A stretch of 64,000 nucleotides of DNA from positions 1-64,000 of IMG/VR virus record IMGVR_UViG_3300017598_000441, one strand, 5' to 3'. The first letter of the stretch is position 1. Each line of letters begins with the position of its first letter. This DNA comes from a virus. The notes below the pieces were generated by a model, which saw only the letters and a program-made list of their open reading frames with translations, searched no databases and had not been told where the DNA came from. Shown here in pieces: positions 38,800 to 49,184 of this stretch. A program made the translations under genes and the position numbers.

Positions 38800-40278
38800 A
38801 TGGAAAATCTAAGTGAAGTAATTTTATCTGAGACCCTAAAAGGAATCTCAGATAAAACACTACTAGAGGTAAAAAATAAGAAAACCAAAAAATTTGCCAA
38901 CAGCCTTTGGGATGAATTTAGTAGTGAGAATATGGAAAAAACCCTTTGGTACAAAGATGGAAAATTCTCTGCTGAAATGCTTACAGAAAGTCTGCCCATA
39001 GTACTCAGCAACTGTAGAGAGGAATTAGTCCCAAAAGAGACTAAGCCTAAAGCCCTAAAACATAAAACTAAAAAAATAGAGGTAGGTAAATTGTCTGGAA
39101 AGTTTGGGTTAGAAGATATTCTGTACCTGTGGAGACTAGATGGAAATACTCCATACGGAAGCAACCCCAAACCTAAAGGGTATGATGAACCCAAACTTAC
39201 AGGCTTTAATCAAATGGATGAAATTCCTGTAGCAAGTATAGCAGATTCATTAAAGCTTATATATAAAACTGAGGAAGAGATAGTTTTAGAGGCCAAAAGA
39301 AATCTGAAAGCCCTAAGAAATAATATAGAACTCTTAACTGCACTACCTAGGAAGATAAAGAGAACAAAGCAAACTATTAAAAATATGCAGTCAGATATAG
39401 TAGAACTCAGCTATATCGTAAATAATCCTCAAAATATAAAGAATACAATAAACTACTATAAAAGTCTGCATGAAAGGCAATGGGTTACTAGGTTCACTAA
39501 TAAGAACTTTTATGTAAAGAAGGTGTATCCGTATTCTAATACTAAACAGGATATAAAAGAGGATTTCTATAAATGTTTACTGTATTTAGGGTTGGATAAC
39601 AAACCAAACCTAAACCTACACAGATATTTCATAGCTTATCAAAAAGACTTGGTAGCTATAGTCAGTACCGCAGTACTTTTATTAGAATCTTGTTACACAT
39701 ACCCAAACTTAACCCTAAAAAAGTTTGAGGAGATGAGTACGGGTCTGCCCTACAACTTCTACTGGCAGACTGCAGAAGTATATAAAAATACCTACGATAA
39801 ATACACAGAGTTAATAAATGAATTGATGAAAAACCCTACAAGAAAAAAGAAGGTTTTACTGGACCTTACAGAACCTGTAACTATGGAAAAAATAAAAAAA
39901 TATTCAGTGCCAGATTGTTTTGGGCAGGAGTTTGATATAAGAGATAACTCTTGTGCCAAATGCCATGATAACACCACTTGCGGAATTATATACAGGGATA
40001 CTGTAGGAAGTAAGGCAAAAAAGCAAGTAGATAAATTCGTAGCACCTCCCTTGGATACCGTAGATTTCTCAGAACTAGATGAGAAAAAAGATAGGATAGT
40101 TGCCCTACTAAAGCAAAAAGCCAAAACAGGAAAGAACATGACAATAGCCGCATTGGTGAAACATATTGAAAAAATATCAAAGTGTGGAGATAAGGAAGCT
40201 GTACACGGATATTTCAAAAGACTTATTCTGGAGAATGGTCTAGGCACAAAAGATGGGGTAGTAATTATAAAATCATAA
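38800..40278 (+). CDS. hypothetical protein with Cys cluster
   Basis: ATG 38800 follows the ACACAC motif; PDCFG...CAKC...C. Confidence 0.7.
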   Translation: MENLSEVILSETLKGISDKTLLEVKNKKTKKFANSLWDEFSSENMEKTLWYKDGKFSAEMLTESLPIVLSNCREELVPKETKPKALKHKTKKIEVGKLSGKFGLEDILYLWRLDGNTPYGSNPKPKGYDEPKLTGFNQMDEIPVASIADSLKLIYKTEEEIVLEAKRNLKALRNNIELLTALPRKIKRTKQTIKNMQSDIVELSYIVNNPQNIKNTINYYKSLHERQWVTRFTNKNFYVKKVYPYSNTKQDIKEDFYKCLLYLGLDNKPNLNLHRYFIAYQKDLVAIVSTAVLLLESCYTYPNLTLKKFEEMSTGLPYNFYWQTAEVYKNTYDKYTELINELMKNPTRKKKVLLDLTEPVTMEKIKKYSVPDCFGQEFDIRDNSCAKCHDNTTCGIIYRDTVGSKAKKQVDKFVAPPLDTVDFSELDEKKDRIVALLKQKAKTGKNMTIAALVKHIEKISKCGDKEAVHGYFKRLILENGLGTKDGVVIIKS

Positions 40279-40281
40279 TCA

Positions 40282-43200
40282 ATGAAATATTCGAGTTGTT
40301 CAAAATGCAAAATAAGTTCGTCCTGTAAACATACTGCATTACAGGAGGATTCTGTACAGAAAGATTTTCTGATAATATCAGACAGACCTAGCCAGTTCGA
40401 TGATAATGCAGGTACAGTCATGCGAGAGGGTAAAGATAAACTTATCCAGAACTTATTTGCTATGGCGGGAGATGTAGATGTAGAAAGTATAGCATATTCC
40501 TATGCTGTAAAATGTTACACCCCAGAGGTAGATATTAAAAAAGAGGCTGCAAAATGCTTACCCTACCTAATAGAGGAGGTACAGACTATAATGCCTAAAT
40601 GTATAATGGTTTGTGGAGAAGTTTCTTTTAAGGCTATTTGTGAGGGGGATTATACAAAACAGATAGGTACAAGTGTTTTCTCCAGAAAGTTCGGAAGACA
40701 GTTCGAGAAAGTGCCTATAATCGTAAACTACGATACGGAGTTTGCCTCTGAGCATTCCACAAAAAATACAGACTTCTCTAGAAATGTAAGCCAGAAGTTT
40801 GTAGATATACTTAGTAAGGCTCACAATATTTCAGAATCTAAGGAGGGCTCAGATTCAGCAGTAGCGAAAGAGAGGCTAACTAAGATAGTGGATGTACTAG
40901 ATATAGATACAGCTAAAAAGTTAGTGGAATACTGTAAAATAAAAAAGGTAGCAAGTTTCGATTTTGAAACACCTACTTTAGATTACAAATCTGGAGAAAA
41001 ACCTACTTCGTTAGCCATATCTTTCCAAGCGGGTAGTGCATATTTTATACCTATGTGGCACTGGTCAAGGGTCTTTCCAGAAGAAGATAAAGAGATTTTA
41101 AACGGATTCCTAGAATGTGATGAATTGACAAAACAGGAGTTCCTACATATTGCAGAATTAGTTTTTAGGAAATCTGGAGTAAATAAAAATGCAGATGATT
41201 TAATTGAGTATATCAATACTGTAATAATACCCCAGTTCTTGCCTAAAATGGAAACTGTAGAATTGACTTACGATATAAAGGAAATAATAGCTGACCTTGT
41301 AGATAAGGAAGAGTGGACAGAAGATTTCATTTATGAAGTTATATCTATAATAAACGATGGAATTTTTGGGGATAGAGATATTGTAAAAGTGGCACATAAT
41401 TTCTCTTTTGATAAGCACTGGGGTATGGAGAACGGCATTGTCAAGTTTCGAGGGAGATGCAATGATACTATGTTGATGCACCACTTAGTTAGAAATGATG
41501 CCAAGCATGGATTGAAATTCATTGCTCCCACATACTACCCCGAGTTTGCAAACTGGGAGGAAAGTTTAGGCTCGTATCCTTGGGATGCAATACCCTTTAA
41601 AGTTCAAGGATTGTATAATGGTATAGATACTGACTTAACCTTGCGTATAGAACCTATTTTAGAAGATGAACTTCTAAAAGATGAACAAGTGTATAGGTTC
41701 TACAGAAATCTTACAATACCTACTATGCACGCTTTGACGGATATGTCATATAGAGGTATGAGCATAGACAGGGATTTGATTGAAAAATCTATTAAGGAAA
41801 CGGATGCAATAATAGCAGATGTACAGGCAAGTTTACTCCAGTATCCAGAGGTAATAAAATTTGAAGAGCATAGTAGGGAGGTTGCAAAAAAAGAAAAACT
41901 AAAAACCCTAAAAGAAAAAATCAAGGTTGCCAAAGAACGTACGAAGGTAAGTGTAGGCAAAAAGATAGAGAAGCTACAGGAAAAAATAGCTAAATCAGAA
42001 GGTGCTATAGAGGATTTGAAAAAAAACTTATTAGATGTAGAGGAGTATGTACTGTTCTTAGAACGTAAGAAGGATGAGGAAGATGGAGATAATGCCAAAG
42101 AATTAACTCGAGAAATCAAAGAGGAGAAGAAAAAAGTAGCCTCCCTAACAAGAAAACACACTACTGAGGTACGAAAAATAACGAACACAAAAACCTCTAT
42201 AGCAGAGTTAGAGACTGGAGATAATGATAACCACCACGTAAAAAATTGGAAAAAACAAATGTCTGAAATAAAGACAGGTGTGGTGGATGTATATGAAGGA
42301 GTTTCTTTATCCTCTCCAAAACAACTAGGAGACCTACTGTATGAACCTCACGGATTTGGCTATCCTATGCAATATGACTGGAAAAAGAGAGCAAAAACCA
42401 AGTCCACAAACAAAGCTATTCTAGGTCAGTTCGAGGATGATACAGGATTTATAGCAGAACTATTAAAGCTAAAGTCTATTCAGCACACTAAATCCACTTA
42501 CTTAGAGGGTATAAGGAGCCGACTGGATAGTAATAATATGCTACATACATCTTACAATCAGTTGATAGATACAGGTAGAATATCCTCCAGAAACCCAAAC
42601 TTGCAAAACATACCCCCAGAGGGGAGAGTAAAAGATGCCGAAGCATCTAGGGTGGTTGGGTTTATAAAAAAATCTTTCAATGTACCCGAAGATTGTAGTA
42701 TTCTAGAAGCGGATTACAGTCAAGCTGAACTAAAAGTAGCTGCGGAAGTGGCGGGAGAAACCAATATGATTGAGGCTTATAGAGATGGGCAAGATTTGCA
42801 CGTAAAAACAGGATGCTCTATAGCCGAAATTGAAGTGCCAGAGTATTACGAACTCCCTAAAGCAGAGCAAAAACCTATAAGGCAAAATGCGAAAGCAGCA
42901 AACTTCGGATTGATTTTCGGACAGGGTGCTAAAGGGTATCAACAGTATGCGAAACAAAACTATGGAGTGGAGATAGATATACATGAAGCAACTAGGCAAA
43001 GGGATGTATATTTTGAGACCTACCCTAAGATTTTGAAGTATCATACAACGGCAGTAAAGGAGGCAGAGAAGTATGGTTTTATGAGAACTATGCTAGGCTA
43101 CAGGAGATTTTTGCCAGATATTCATTCTGTAGATGACTTTCTAAAAGGGGAGGCAGGAAGACAAGCTATAAATACCAAAATACAAGGTACAGCAGGACAA

Positions 43201-43455
43201 CTTACCTTATTCTCTATATGTTTACTTAAAATACGATTACACCCCTCCGTGCAGATGATTAACACGATTCACGATAGTATATTTTTCATAATACCAAACC
43301 ATCTGTTAGAGGATACGAAGAGAATTATTCGCAAAACTATGGAGAACCTACCTATAAGAGAGTATTTTGGTGTAGGCATAGATTCAGTTAAGATGAAAAT
43401 TGACTTTAAGATAGGTACGAAAAGTTGGGGTGAGATGGAAGAAATTGAAGAATAA
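40282..43455 (+). CDS. polA: family A DNA polymerase with N-terminal uracil-DNA-glycosylase-like domain and 3'-5' exonuclease
   Basis: FDFET, HNFSFD, YNGID, TGRISSRNPNLQNIP, DYSQAEL, RQNAKAANFGLIFG and IHDS; N-terminal CSKC, YAVKC and CLPYLIEEV. Confidence 0.92.
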   Translation: MKYSSCSKCKISSSCKHTALQEDSVQKDFLIISDRPSQFDDNAGTVMREGKDKLIQNLFAMAGDVDVESIAYSYAVKCYTPEVDIKKEAAKCLPYLIEEVQTIMPKCIMVCGEVSFKAICEGDYTKQIGTSVFSRKFGRQFEKVPIIVNYDTEFASEHSTKNTDFSRNVSQKFVDILSKAHNISESKEGSDSAVAKERLTKIVDVLDIDTAKKLVEYCKIKKVASFDFETPTLDYKSGEKPTSLAISFQAGSAYFIPMWHWSRVFPEEDKEILNGFLECDELTKQEFLHIAELVFRKSGVNKNADDLIEYINTVIIPQFLPKMETVELTYDIKEIIADLVDKEEWTEDFIYEVISIINDGIFGDRDIVKVAHNFSFDKHWGMENGIVKFRGRCNDTMLMHHLVRNDAKHGLKFIAPTYYPEFANWEESLGSYPWDAIPFKVQGLYNGIDTDLTLRIEPILEDELLKDEQVYRFYRNLTIPTMHALTDMSYRGMSIDRDLIEKSIKETDAIIADVQASLLQYPEVIKFEEHSREVAKKEKLKTLKEKIKVAKERTKVSVGKKIEKLQEKIAKSEGAIEDLKKNLLDVEEYVLFLERKKDEEDGDNAKELTREIKEEKKKVASLTRKHTTEVRKITNTKTSIAELETGDNDNHHVKNWKKQMSEIKTGVVDVYEGVSLSSPKQLGDLLYEPHGFGYPMQYDWKKRAKTKSTNKAILGQFEDDTGFIAELLKLKSIQHTKSTYLEGIRSRLDSNNMLHTSYNQLIDTGRISSRNPNLQNIPPEGRVKDAEASRVVGFIKKSFNVPEDCSILEADYSQAELKVAAEVAGETNMIEAYRDGQDLHVKTGCSIAEIEVPEYYELPKAEQKPIRQNAKAANFGLIFGQGAKGYQQYAKQNYGVEIDIHEATRQRDVYFETYPKILKYHTTAVKEAEKYGFMRTMLGYRRFLPDIHSVDDFLKGEAGRQAINTKIQGTAGQLTLFSICLLKIRLHPSVQMINTIHDSIFFIIPNHLLEDTKRIIRKTMENLPIREYFGVGIDSVKMKIDFKIGTKSWGEMEEIEE

Positions 43456-43468
43456 AATAGGTAATTAA

Positions 43469-43501
43469 TTTTGGTATATATCAAAACTTTTATTATCTTT
43501 G
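43469..43501 (+). promoter_or_regulatory. promoter
   Basis: TTTTGGTATATATCAAAA and TATCTTTG 43494-43501. Confidence 0.75.
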
Positions 43502-43534
43502 CAATACTAATTAACATTAACAAATTCTACAAAA

Positions 43535-44887
43535 ATGAGAAAATTAGATTTAGGAGCGAACGAAAAGAACGCAGAAAAGTTAGGAGGGTTCGGAGGTTCC
43601 GAAGTATTCTACTTAGGGAAAGAAATGGATGATGAAATATACATCCGAGTAATCTACCCTCTGGAAAATCAAAATGGTATGGTAAGTTTCCAAGCGGCAA
43701 AATGGTGGTTAGGTAGTAAACCTATCATGTCCCCAGAAAACAAAGTGGATGGCTTTGATGTAGTGGAAGATGAGTTAGACCTTATCAAACAAGAGTACGA
43801 GGATGATACTAGAATGCTGAAAAGCATAAATAAAAAAACCTCAAACAACAAAGATTTTAAAAAGTCTTACGAACAATTATTTCTGGGAGTACCTTTTGAT
43901 TTTGATTTCAACGATGAGTTAGAAATCAAAGACATCTGGATTAGTGACCTTACCCGAGAGGAGGCATACGAGGCTCGCATGGAGGTTAAAAAAGGGAAAT
44001 ACAAAAATGCAGCAGAAGCTATAGATGCAATGTGGGGCATAAAAGTTTCCGAGGATGAGAACATAGGAACGGAAGAACCTATTGATTTTGATAAACTTAA
44101 AAAAGCCATGATAGGAGATGGAGAAATCAAAATCATAAGTACTGGGGTACAGGCTATGAAAGAAGTGATTTCTACCTTTTCAAAAAAGGCAGCTTTAAAG
44201 CACTCAGTAAAATGTGACCTACTCACTTTGGATAATGTACGAGGGGTAAACACTATGGTATTCAAAAAAGGAAAAGGGTTGAACACCAAATACAGTTCAG
44301 ATGCAGATACGTTCCCTATGGAAATGCCAGATTTCTATGATAATGATAATAACAAGCCAGATATTATCAAATTCGTAGAAGCCCAAATCAAGCCAGAAGC
44401 ATGGATTAGAGCATACGTTAGATTCTATGTACTAGGAGAAGAGGAACCTGCAGATGATTATGGTCAAGATGGTGCAGAAACAAGCAACCGAAGACAACCG
44501 AAGACAACCGAAAGAAGAAGACGTAGAGATGACGATGACGAACCTACTGAAACCAGAAAACGTAAAGATACTAATTCTGAGCCTGTAGATACTGGGAGAA
44601 AACGTAAAGATACTAATTCTGAGCCTGTAGATACTGGGAGAAAACGTAGAGATACTAATTCTGAGCCTGTAGATACTGGGAGAAAACGTAGAGATGCCCC
44701 TAAAGAGGAGGAGAAACCTACTGGGAGAAAACGTAAAGATACCGAAGAGAAGCCTACCAATAGAAGAAAAGCAGAGTTCGAGCCGAATGAAGAAAACTTC
44801 GAGAAGGAGAAAAAGGAGAACCTATCTCTGGCAGATTCTATGGAGAAAATGGAGAAATCTGATGAGGAGGAGTTAGATAATTTATAA
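43535..44887 (+). CDS. putative single-stranded DNA-binding protein with repetitive charged tail
   Basis: Follows the polymerase; own promoter and terminator; GKGLNTKY motif; acidic C-terminus. Confidence 0.5.
   Translation: MRKLDLGANEKNAEKLGGFGGSEVFYLGKEMDDEIYIRVIYPLENQNGMVSFQAAKWWLGSKPIMSPENKVDGFDVVEDELDLIKQEYEDDTRMLKSINKKTSNNKDFKKSYEQLFLGVPFDFDFNDELEIKDIWISDLTREEAYEARMEVKKGKYKNAAEAIDAMWGIKVSEDENIGTEEPIDFDKLKKAMIGDGEIKIISTGVQAMKEVISTFSKKAALKHSVKCDLLTLDNVRGVNTMVFKKGKGLNTKYSSDADTFPMEMPDFYDNDNNKPDIIKFVEAQIKPEAWIRAYVRFYVLGEEEPADDYGQDGAETSNRRQPKTTERRRRRDDDDEPTETRKRKDTNSEPVDTGRKRKDTNSEPVDTGRKRRDTNSEPVDTGRKRRDAPKEEEKPTGRKRKDTEEKPTNRRKAEFEPNEENFEKEKKENLSLADSMEKMEKSDEEELDNL
44555..44695 (+). repeat. 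42-bp coding tandem repeat, ~3.3 copies
   Basis: AGAAAACGTARAGATACTAATTCTGAGCCTGTAGATACTGGG at 44555, 44597 and 44639. Confidence 0.95.
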
Positions 44888-44894
44888 ACAAACT

Positions 44895-44927
44895 AAAAAC
44901 CCTCAAAATCAATTTTGGGGGTTTTTT
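44895..44927 (+). terminator. intrinsic terminator
   Basis: AAAAACCCTCAAAAT-CA-ATTTTGGGGGTTTTTT. Confidence 0.85.
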
Positions 44928-44939
44928 AAAAAATAACAG

Positions 44940-45431
44940 ATGGCAGATTTAGAAATTGTAGGTAGATTTACTGAGGACTATAAGTTTATAGAGATAGACC
45001 CAGACCATTGCATCCCTCGGATGTTAAAGAAGTACCAAGGTATCAACTTGGATATTATACTTGCTAAACAGAAGCGTTCAAGAACTTCTGCACAAAACAG
45101 ATATTTTCACGGAGTTGTTTGTGTAATGATAATTGCAGATGCTCAAAATAAAGGGGAAGACTGGGTGAGAAATCTTAGCAAAAAAGAGGCTATGGCCTAT
45201 ACTAAAGCACATATTTATAAGAACGTATTAAAACAAAGGCTTGTAGTAGCTGAAATAGACGGCATGGAGGTGTATGTCCAGTCTGGCAAAAGAATGTCGG
45301 AAATGAACACCTTAGAGTTCACAGATGCGGTAGAAGAGGTCAGAACACATTACGGGGAGAAAGGGTTAAATATACCAGACCCTATCAAATACGGCTATAT
45401 AGCAAATTATATAAATGCACAAAAACGTTAA
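44940..45431 (+). CDS. NinB/YbcN-like recombination accessory protein
   Basis: RTSAQNRYFHGVV...SEMNTLEF...IPDP. Confidence 0.6.
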   Translation: MADLEIVGRFTEDYKFIEIDPDHCIPRMLKKYQGINLDIILAKQKRSRTSAQNRYFHGVVCVMIIADAQNKGEDWVRNLSKKEAMAYTKAHIYKNVLKQRLVVAEIDGMEVYVQSGKRMSEMNTLEFTDAVEEVRTHYGEKGLNIPDPIKYGYIANYINAQKR

Positions 45432-45660
45432 TATGAAAATACTACAAACTACGAAGTTCAAATTGTTTGAAAACAATAATTTAGTAAGGTTTAGAAAAGT
45501 GCAGTATGAAGATGAAATATCTGGGGTAGTACAGGACTATGAATTTCAAGTCTTCAAAAGACCGTACTTTTTTGGTAGTCTAGGAAAAAAGAGGTGGAGT
45601 ACTTCAATAATATCTAGAAGTTTTCGACTAGGGGTAAATTTCAGTTTATCTTTAGTTTAA
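45415..45660 (+). CDS. hypothetical protein
   Basis: ORF in operon; true start may be the second ATG. Confidence 0.55.
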   Translation: MHKNVNMKILQTTKFKLFENNNLVRFRKVQYEDEISGVVQDYEFQVFKRPYFFGSLGKKRWSTSIISRSFRLGVNFSLSLV

Positions 45661-45681
45661 TTTTAACAACAAAAACACACA

Positions 45682-46716
45682 ATGAGTAAATTAGCAGTAG
45701 CATTCGGAGACGTACAAATACATAACTATAGAGCTTATGACAAGAACACTGGGAGGAGGTTGGATAACACACTAAAGGCTGTAGAGCATATATTTGACTT
45801 CGCAGGAAAAAGTGGTATAGAATATATTTTGTTTGTGGGAGACTTGTTCGACCAACAAAAGAACCTACCCACAATAGTGATAAATAAAACGGTGGAGACC
45901 TTTTCTAAATGTTTTAAAAAACATCCAAACATAATATTTTTAGGTATTACAGGAAACCACGACCAAAGTTCTCAGCAACTGTTAGAGAAAGATGCAATAT
46001 CCTCTCTAACTTTCTTAGGTAATATATTTGATAACTTTGTAATACTAGACAACAAAAACTACGAAATTCCAGTAGATAAGGATTTTTCTGGGACACAGCC
46101 TGTTAAAATTACAGGAATACCCTACTACGAGTATTCAGAACATTTTTTGACAAGGTTAGGTCAAGTTTCAGAAGAGGTAAAAAACAATAGTGCAAATTAT
46201 GTAAATATCCTACTTACACACCAAACCCCCACAGGCCTAGGAAATCCAAACATACCTGTGGATGTAGATGTAAACGACCCTAAGTTAGAATGTTTTGATT
46301 TAGTTCTAAATGGGCATATACATAAATACCAAGAGATTACTAAAAAGTTTATAGATGTAGGTAGCCCTATAGCTAGAGATGCAGACGATGAGGGTGACGA
46401 AAAAGGGTATTTGGTGATAAATTTAGAGAGGCCTCAGACCCGAAAATTCAAATCCCTAAACAGCGAATTTCCTGTAATTATTACTAAATATTCTGGAGAC
46501 GAAATGACTGAATGGGAGCAACAGCAATACGTGAGAGAAGTCCCCTTACCTATAGAGGAGGTAAATGAAATAATTAATACATCCAACTACACAGCAGATT
46601 TAAAAGCCTCAGAGATTATCGAAAACTTCTGTAATGATACAGAGAACCTAGAAAAAATATCTATGGGGTTAAAAATACTGCAAGATGCAAACATTAAAAA
46701 CACACACAATGAGTAG
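45682..46716 (+). CDS. SbcD/Mre11-like metallophosphoesterase nuclease
   Basis: GDVQI, GDLFD, GNHD, THQ and GHIH. Confidence 0.88.
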   Translation: MSKLAVAFGDVQIHNYRAYDKNTGRRLDNTLKAVEHIFDFAGKSGIEYILFVGDLFDQQKNLPTIVINKTVETFSKCFKKHPNIIFLGITGNHDQSSQQLLEKDAISSLTFLGNIFDNFVILDNKNYEIPVDKDFSGTQPVKITGIPYYEYSEHFLTRLGQVSEEVKNNSANYVNILLTHQTPTGLGNPNIPVDVDVNDPKLECFDLVLNGHIHKYQEITKKFIDVGSPIARDADDEGDEKGYLVINLERPQTRKFKSLNSEFPVIITKYSGDEMTEWEQQQYVREVPLPIEEVNEIINTSNYTADLKASEIIENFCNDTENLEKISMGLKILQDANIKNTHNE

Positions 46717-49138
46717 AACAATTTATAGTAAAGTAGTACTGGAGGGTTTTGGTAGTTTCCAAAAGGAGACTGAGTTCAACCTAGATAGAGCAGGAAGTAT
46801 GGTTCTAGTTAGAGGGGATAATGGAGAGGGTAAGACCACAATGTTTAGTGGCCTTATGTGGAGTCTGCACGGAATACCTATGAAAGATATAAAAGGTAGT
46901 TCAGTAGCTACGTGGGAGCAAGTAAGAACAGAGGACTTTAGGGGGGTTAGAGTAGCCACCCACTTCCGAAAAAATGGATATAAGTTTGAGGTAATAAGAC
47001 ACCTTAAATTCAAAGGTAAAACTTACGGAGTTACTGGAGGAGATACATTAATGTTTTTCAAATGTCTAGAATCTGAAACTATGTCGGACACGCATAGAAT
47101 ATCCGATAACAGGCATAAGCCAGATGTCCAGAAAGATATTGTAGAGTTATTAGAGACAGATTACACTCAAACTATACATTCTATGTTTTTTGGGCAGGGT
47201 ATGGCAAGATTAGTCAATAGCTCTAAATCAGATAAGATTAAACTGTTCGATGAGTTGTTCGATGCTACTTGGTTGAAAAACAGTAAAGATGAGGCGAAAG
47301 TTAAAAAACTGAAAATAGAGTCTGACATCAGCACCACAGAAGAGAGGATACACTCCACTAACTCTAAGAAGAAGGACAAAGCAAACCAGATTGAACAACA
47401 CCTAATCAACCTACAGGAGTTTACCGACAAAAAAGAGATAAAACATAATAAAATATCTAAGATTATTGTAAACAAAACTTCGGAGTTGGACACTTGTAGA
47501 GAAGAGTTAAAATTGCTTAGAGAGAGTGTAGATAACTACGATGATAATTTACTGGAGGAGAAGAGAGAATTATATGCAGAAGCATCGCAAGATAAATCTT
47601 TAGATGCAGATTTGGGAGTAGCTAAAAAAGCAGAGGCTGAGTATAAAACAAAGGTTGAAAAACTGGAGATAAAACTACAGTCCGAAAAACTGGAGGTAAA
47701 AACTATTGAGACTGCAGAGTGGGGTAAACTGCAAAAACTGAAAGATGCTAACTCCGAAGATTTAGAGGTTCTTAAAACTGCAGGAGAAAAAGCTAGGGAT
47801 GAAGTGGAGGAAACATCTCTAGAAATACATAATACACAAATGAGGTTAAAGAAACTAACCTCTAATATAAGTACTGCAGAGGATTCTGTAAAAAAATCTG
47901 AAGGTAAAATAAAAAACCTACTTAGTGATATAGACTGTATTAGGAAGGATTGTCCAACCTGTGAGCAGGAATTACCTGTACATACCATAAAGGAGACAAA
48001 AGCCAGACTACGAGCCCAAATCAAAGAAGAAGAGGAGTGTATGCAAGTTATGACTACCCAAATTGAAAAATACAACAAGGAGCAGGCTACACTAAAAACC
48101 ACCTCAAAGCAGGAGGCAGAAAGCATGGAAAGTCTGGAGAAAAATCTAGAAGAGACAAAAACCAACTACATAAAAACCAAGGCTGATAATGTTGCACAAG
48201 AAGAGTTACAACTACAGCAGTACAACACGCTGTATAACAAGCAGTATAACATTATGGAGGCTGCAAAAACTGCATTAGATGACCTTGGGAGAACAGAGGG
48301 TAAGAAAATAAAAAACCTCCTACATGAGCTGGACAAAAAATATACCTTGCGTGATAATCTCTTATCCAACTTGCGGACGGAAATAGCAGAAATAGAAAAT
48401 ACGAATAAAATCAGTATAGAGAATAAGAATAGAATCCCTGTAAAACAACTGGAGATAAAAAACCTACAGGATTATATTTCTGAGAAAAAAGAGGATTTGA
48501 ATATTGTTCTGGAGGAAAACCCTCCCACAAACAACGTAGACGAACTACAGAAGGACATAGATACCCTACAAGAACTGGAGAAAGAACAGCAAGATGAAAT
48601 CACAATTCTTAGAAAACAACTGGAAATAGTTAAATGGTGGTTCACTACAGGTTTTGGGGCAAAAGGAATAAAATCCTATATCTTTACTGCAGGTTTAATG
48701 AGATTGAACCAAGCTATTCAGAAATACGCTGAAAGACTGGGGTACAGGGTTAAATTCGAGATTGACCATAGTACAGCAAACAAAGATTTCACAACAACAG
48801 TATTTTATTCCAGACGTACTGAGACTGGGGTACAAGAGTTCGCTAAAGACTATGAAGAGTTCTCTGGAGGTCAGAAACAAAGAGTATCCCTAGCTATTGC
48901 ATTTGCTATGTTCGATATAGGAAGTGAAAAATCTGAAAGTAATATTATGATTTTAGATGAAGCTTTTGAAGGGTTGGATGAAGAGGGTAGAGAAGCGGCC
49001 TTTGACTTAATTCGTATGAAAACGCAAGCAGGTAAAACTGTGTTTATCATAACCCACAGCCAAAATATTGACAGTAAGTACTCGAAGAGCATAAGGGTGT
49101 ACAGGAAAAATGAAATTTCTTATATAGATGAGGGGTAA
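46709..49138 (+). CDS. SbcC/Rad50-like SMC ATPase
   Basis: GDNGEGKT, CPTC zinc hook, FSGGQ, LDE and ITH; ATG 46709 follows the ACACAC motif. Confidence 0.92.
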   Translation: MSRTIYSKVVLEGFGSFQKETEFNLDRAGSMVLVRGDNGEGKTTMFSGLMWSLHGIPMKDIKGSSVATWEQVRTEDFRGVRVATHFRKNGYKFEVIRHLKFKGKTYGVTGGDTLMFFKCLESETMSDTHRISDNRHKPDVQKDIVELLETDYTQTIHSMFFGQGMARLVNSSKSDKIKLFDELFDATWLKNSKDEAKVKKLKIESDISTTEERIHSTNSKKKDKANQIEQHLINLQEFTDKKEIKHNKISKIIVNKTSELDTCREELKLLRESVDNYDDNLLEEKRELYAEASQDKSLDADLGVAKKAEAEYKTKVEKLEIKLQSEKLEVKTIETAEWGKLQKLKDANSEDLEVLKTAGEKARDEVEETSLEIHNTQMRLKKLTSNISTAEDSVKKSEGKIKNLLSDIDCIRKDCPTCEQELPVHTIKETKARLRAQIKEEEECMQVMTTQIEKYNKEQATLKTTSKQEAESMESLEKNLEETKTNYIKTKADNVAQEELQLQQYNTLYNKQYNIMEAAKTALDDLGRTEGKKIKNLLHELDKKYTLRDNLLSNLRTEIAEIENTNKISIENKNRIPVKQLEIKNLQDYISEKKEDLNIVLEENPPTNNVDELQKDIDTLQELEKEQQDEITILRKQLEIVKWWFTTGFGAKGIKSYIFTAGLMRLNQAIQKYAERLGYRVKFEIDHSTANKDFTTTVFYSRRTETGVQEFAKDYEEFSGGQKQRVSLAIAFAMFDIGSEKSESNIMILDEAFEGLDEEGREAAFDLIRMKTQAGKTVFIITHSQNIDSKYSKSIRVYRKNEISYIDEG

Positions 49139-49143
49139 ATAAA

Positions 49144-49176
49144 TTTTGGTATATTAAAAAATTTATACTATCTTTG
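49144..49176 (+). promoter_or_regulatory. promoter
   Basis: TTTTGGTATAT and TATCTTTG 49169-49176. Confidence 0.7.
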
Positions 49177-49184
49177 TGATAATT

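Noticed and set aside
41860-42280. Intein or intron in the DNA polymerase
   Set aside because: The frame is uninterrupted, and the insert is a charged coiled coil without Cys/Ser...His-Asn termini or endonuclease motifs.
44555-44695. 42-bp repeats as CRISPR or origin iterons
   Set aside because: They are contiguous, in-frame and a multiple of 3 within a coding region, with no spacers.
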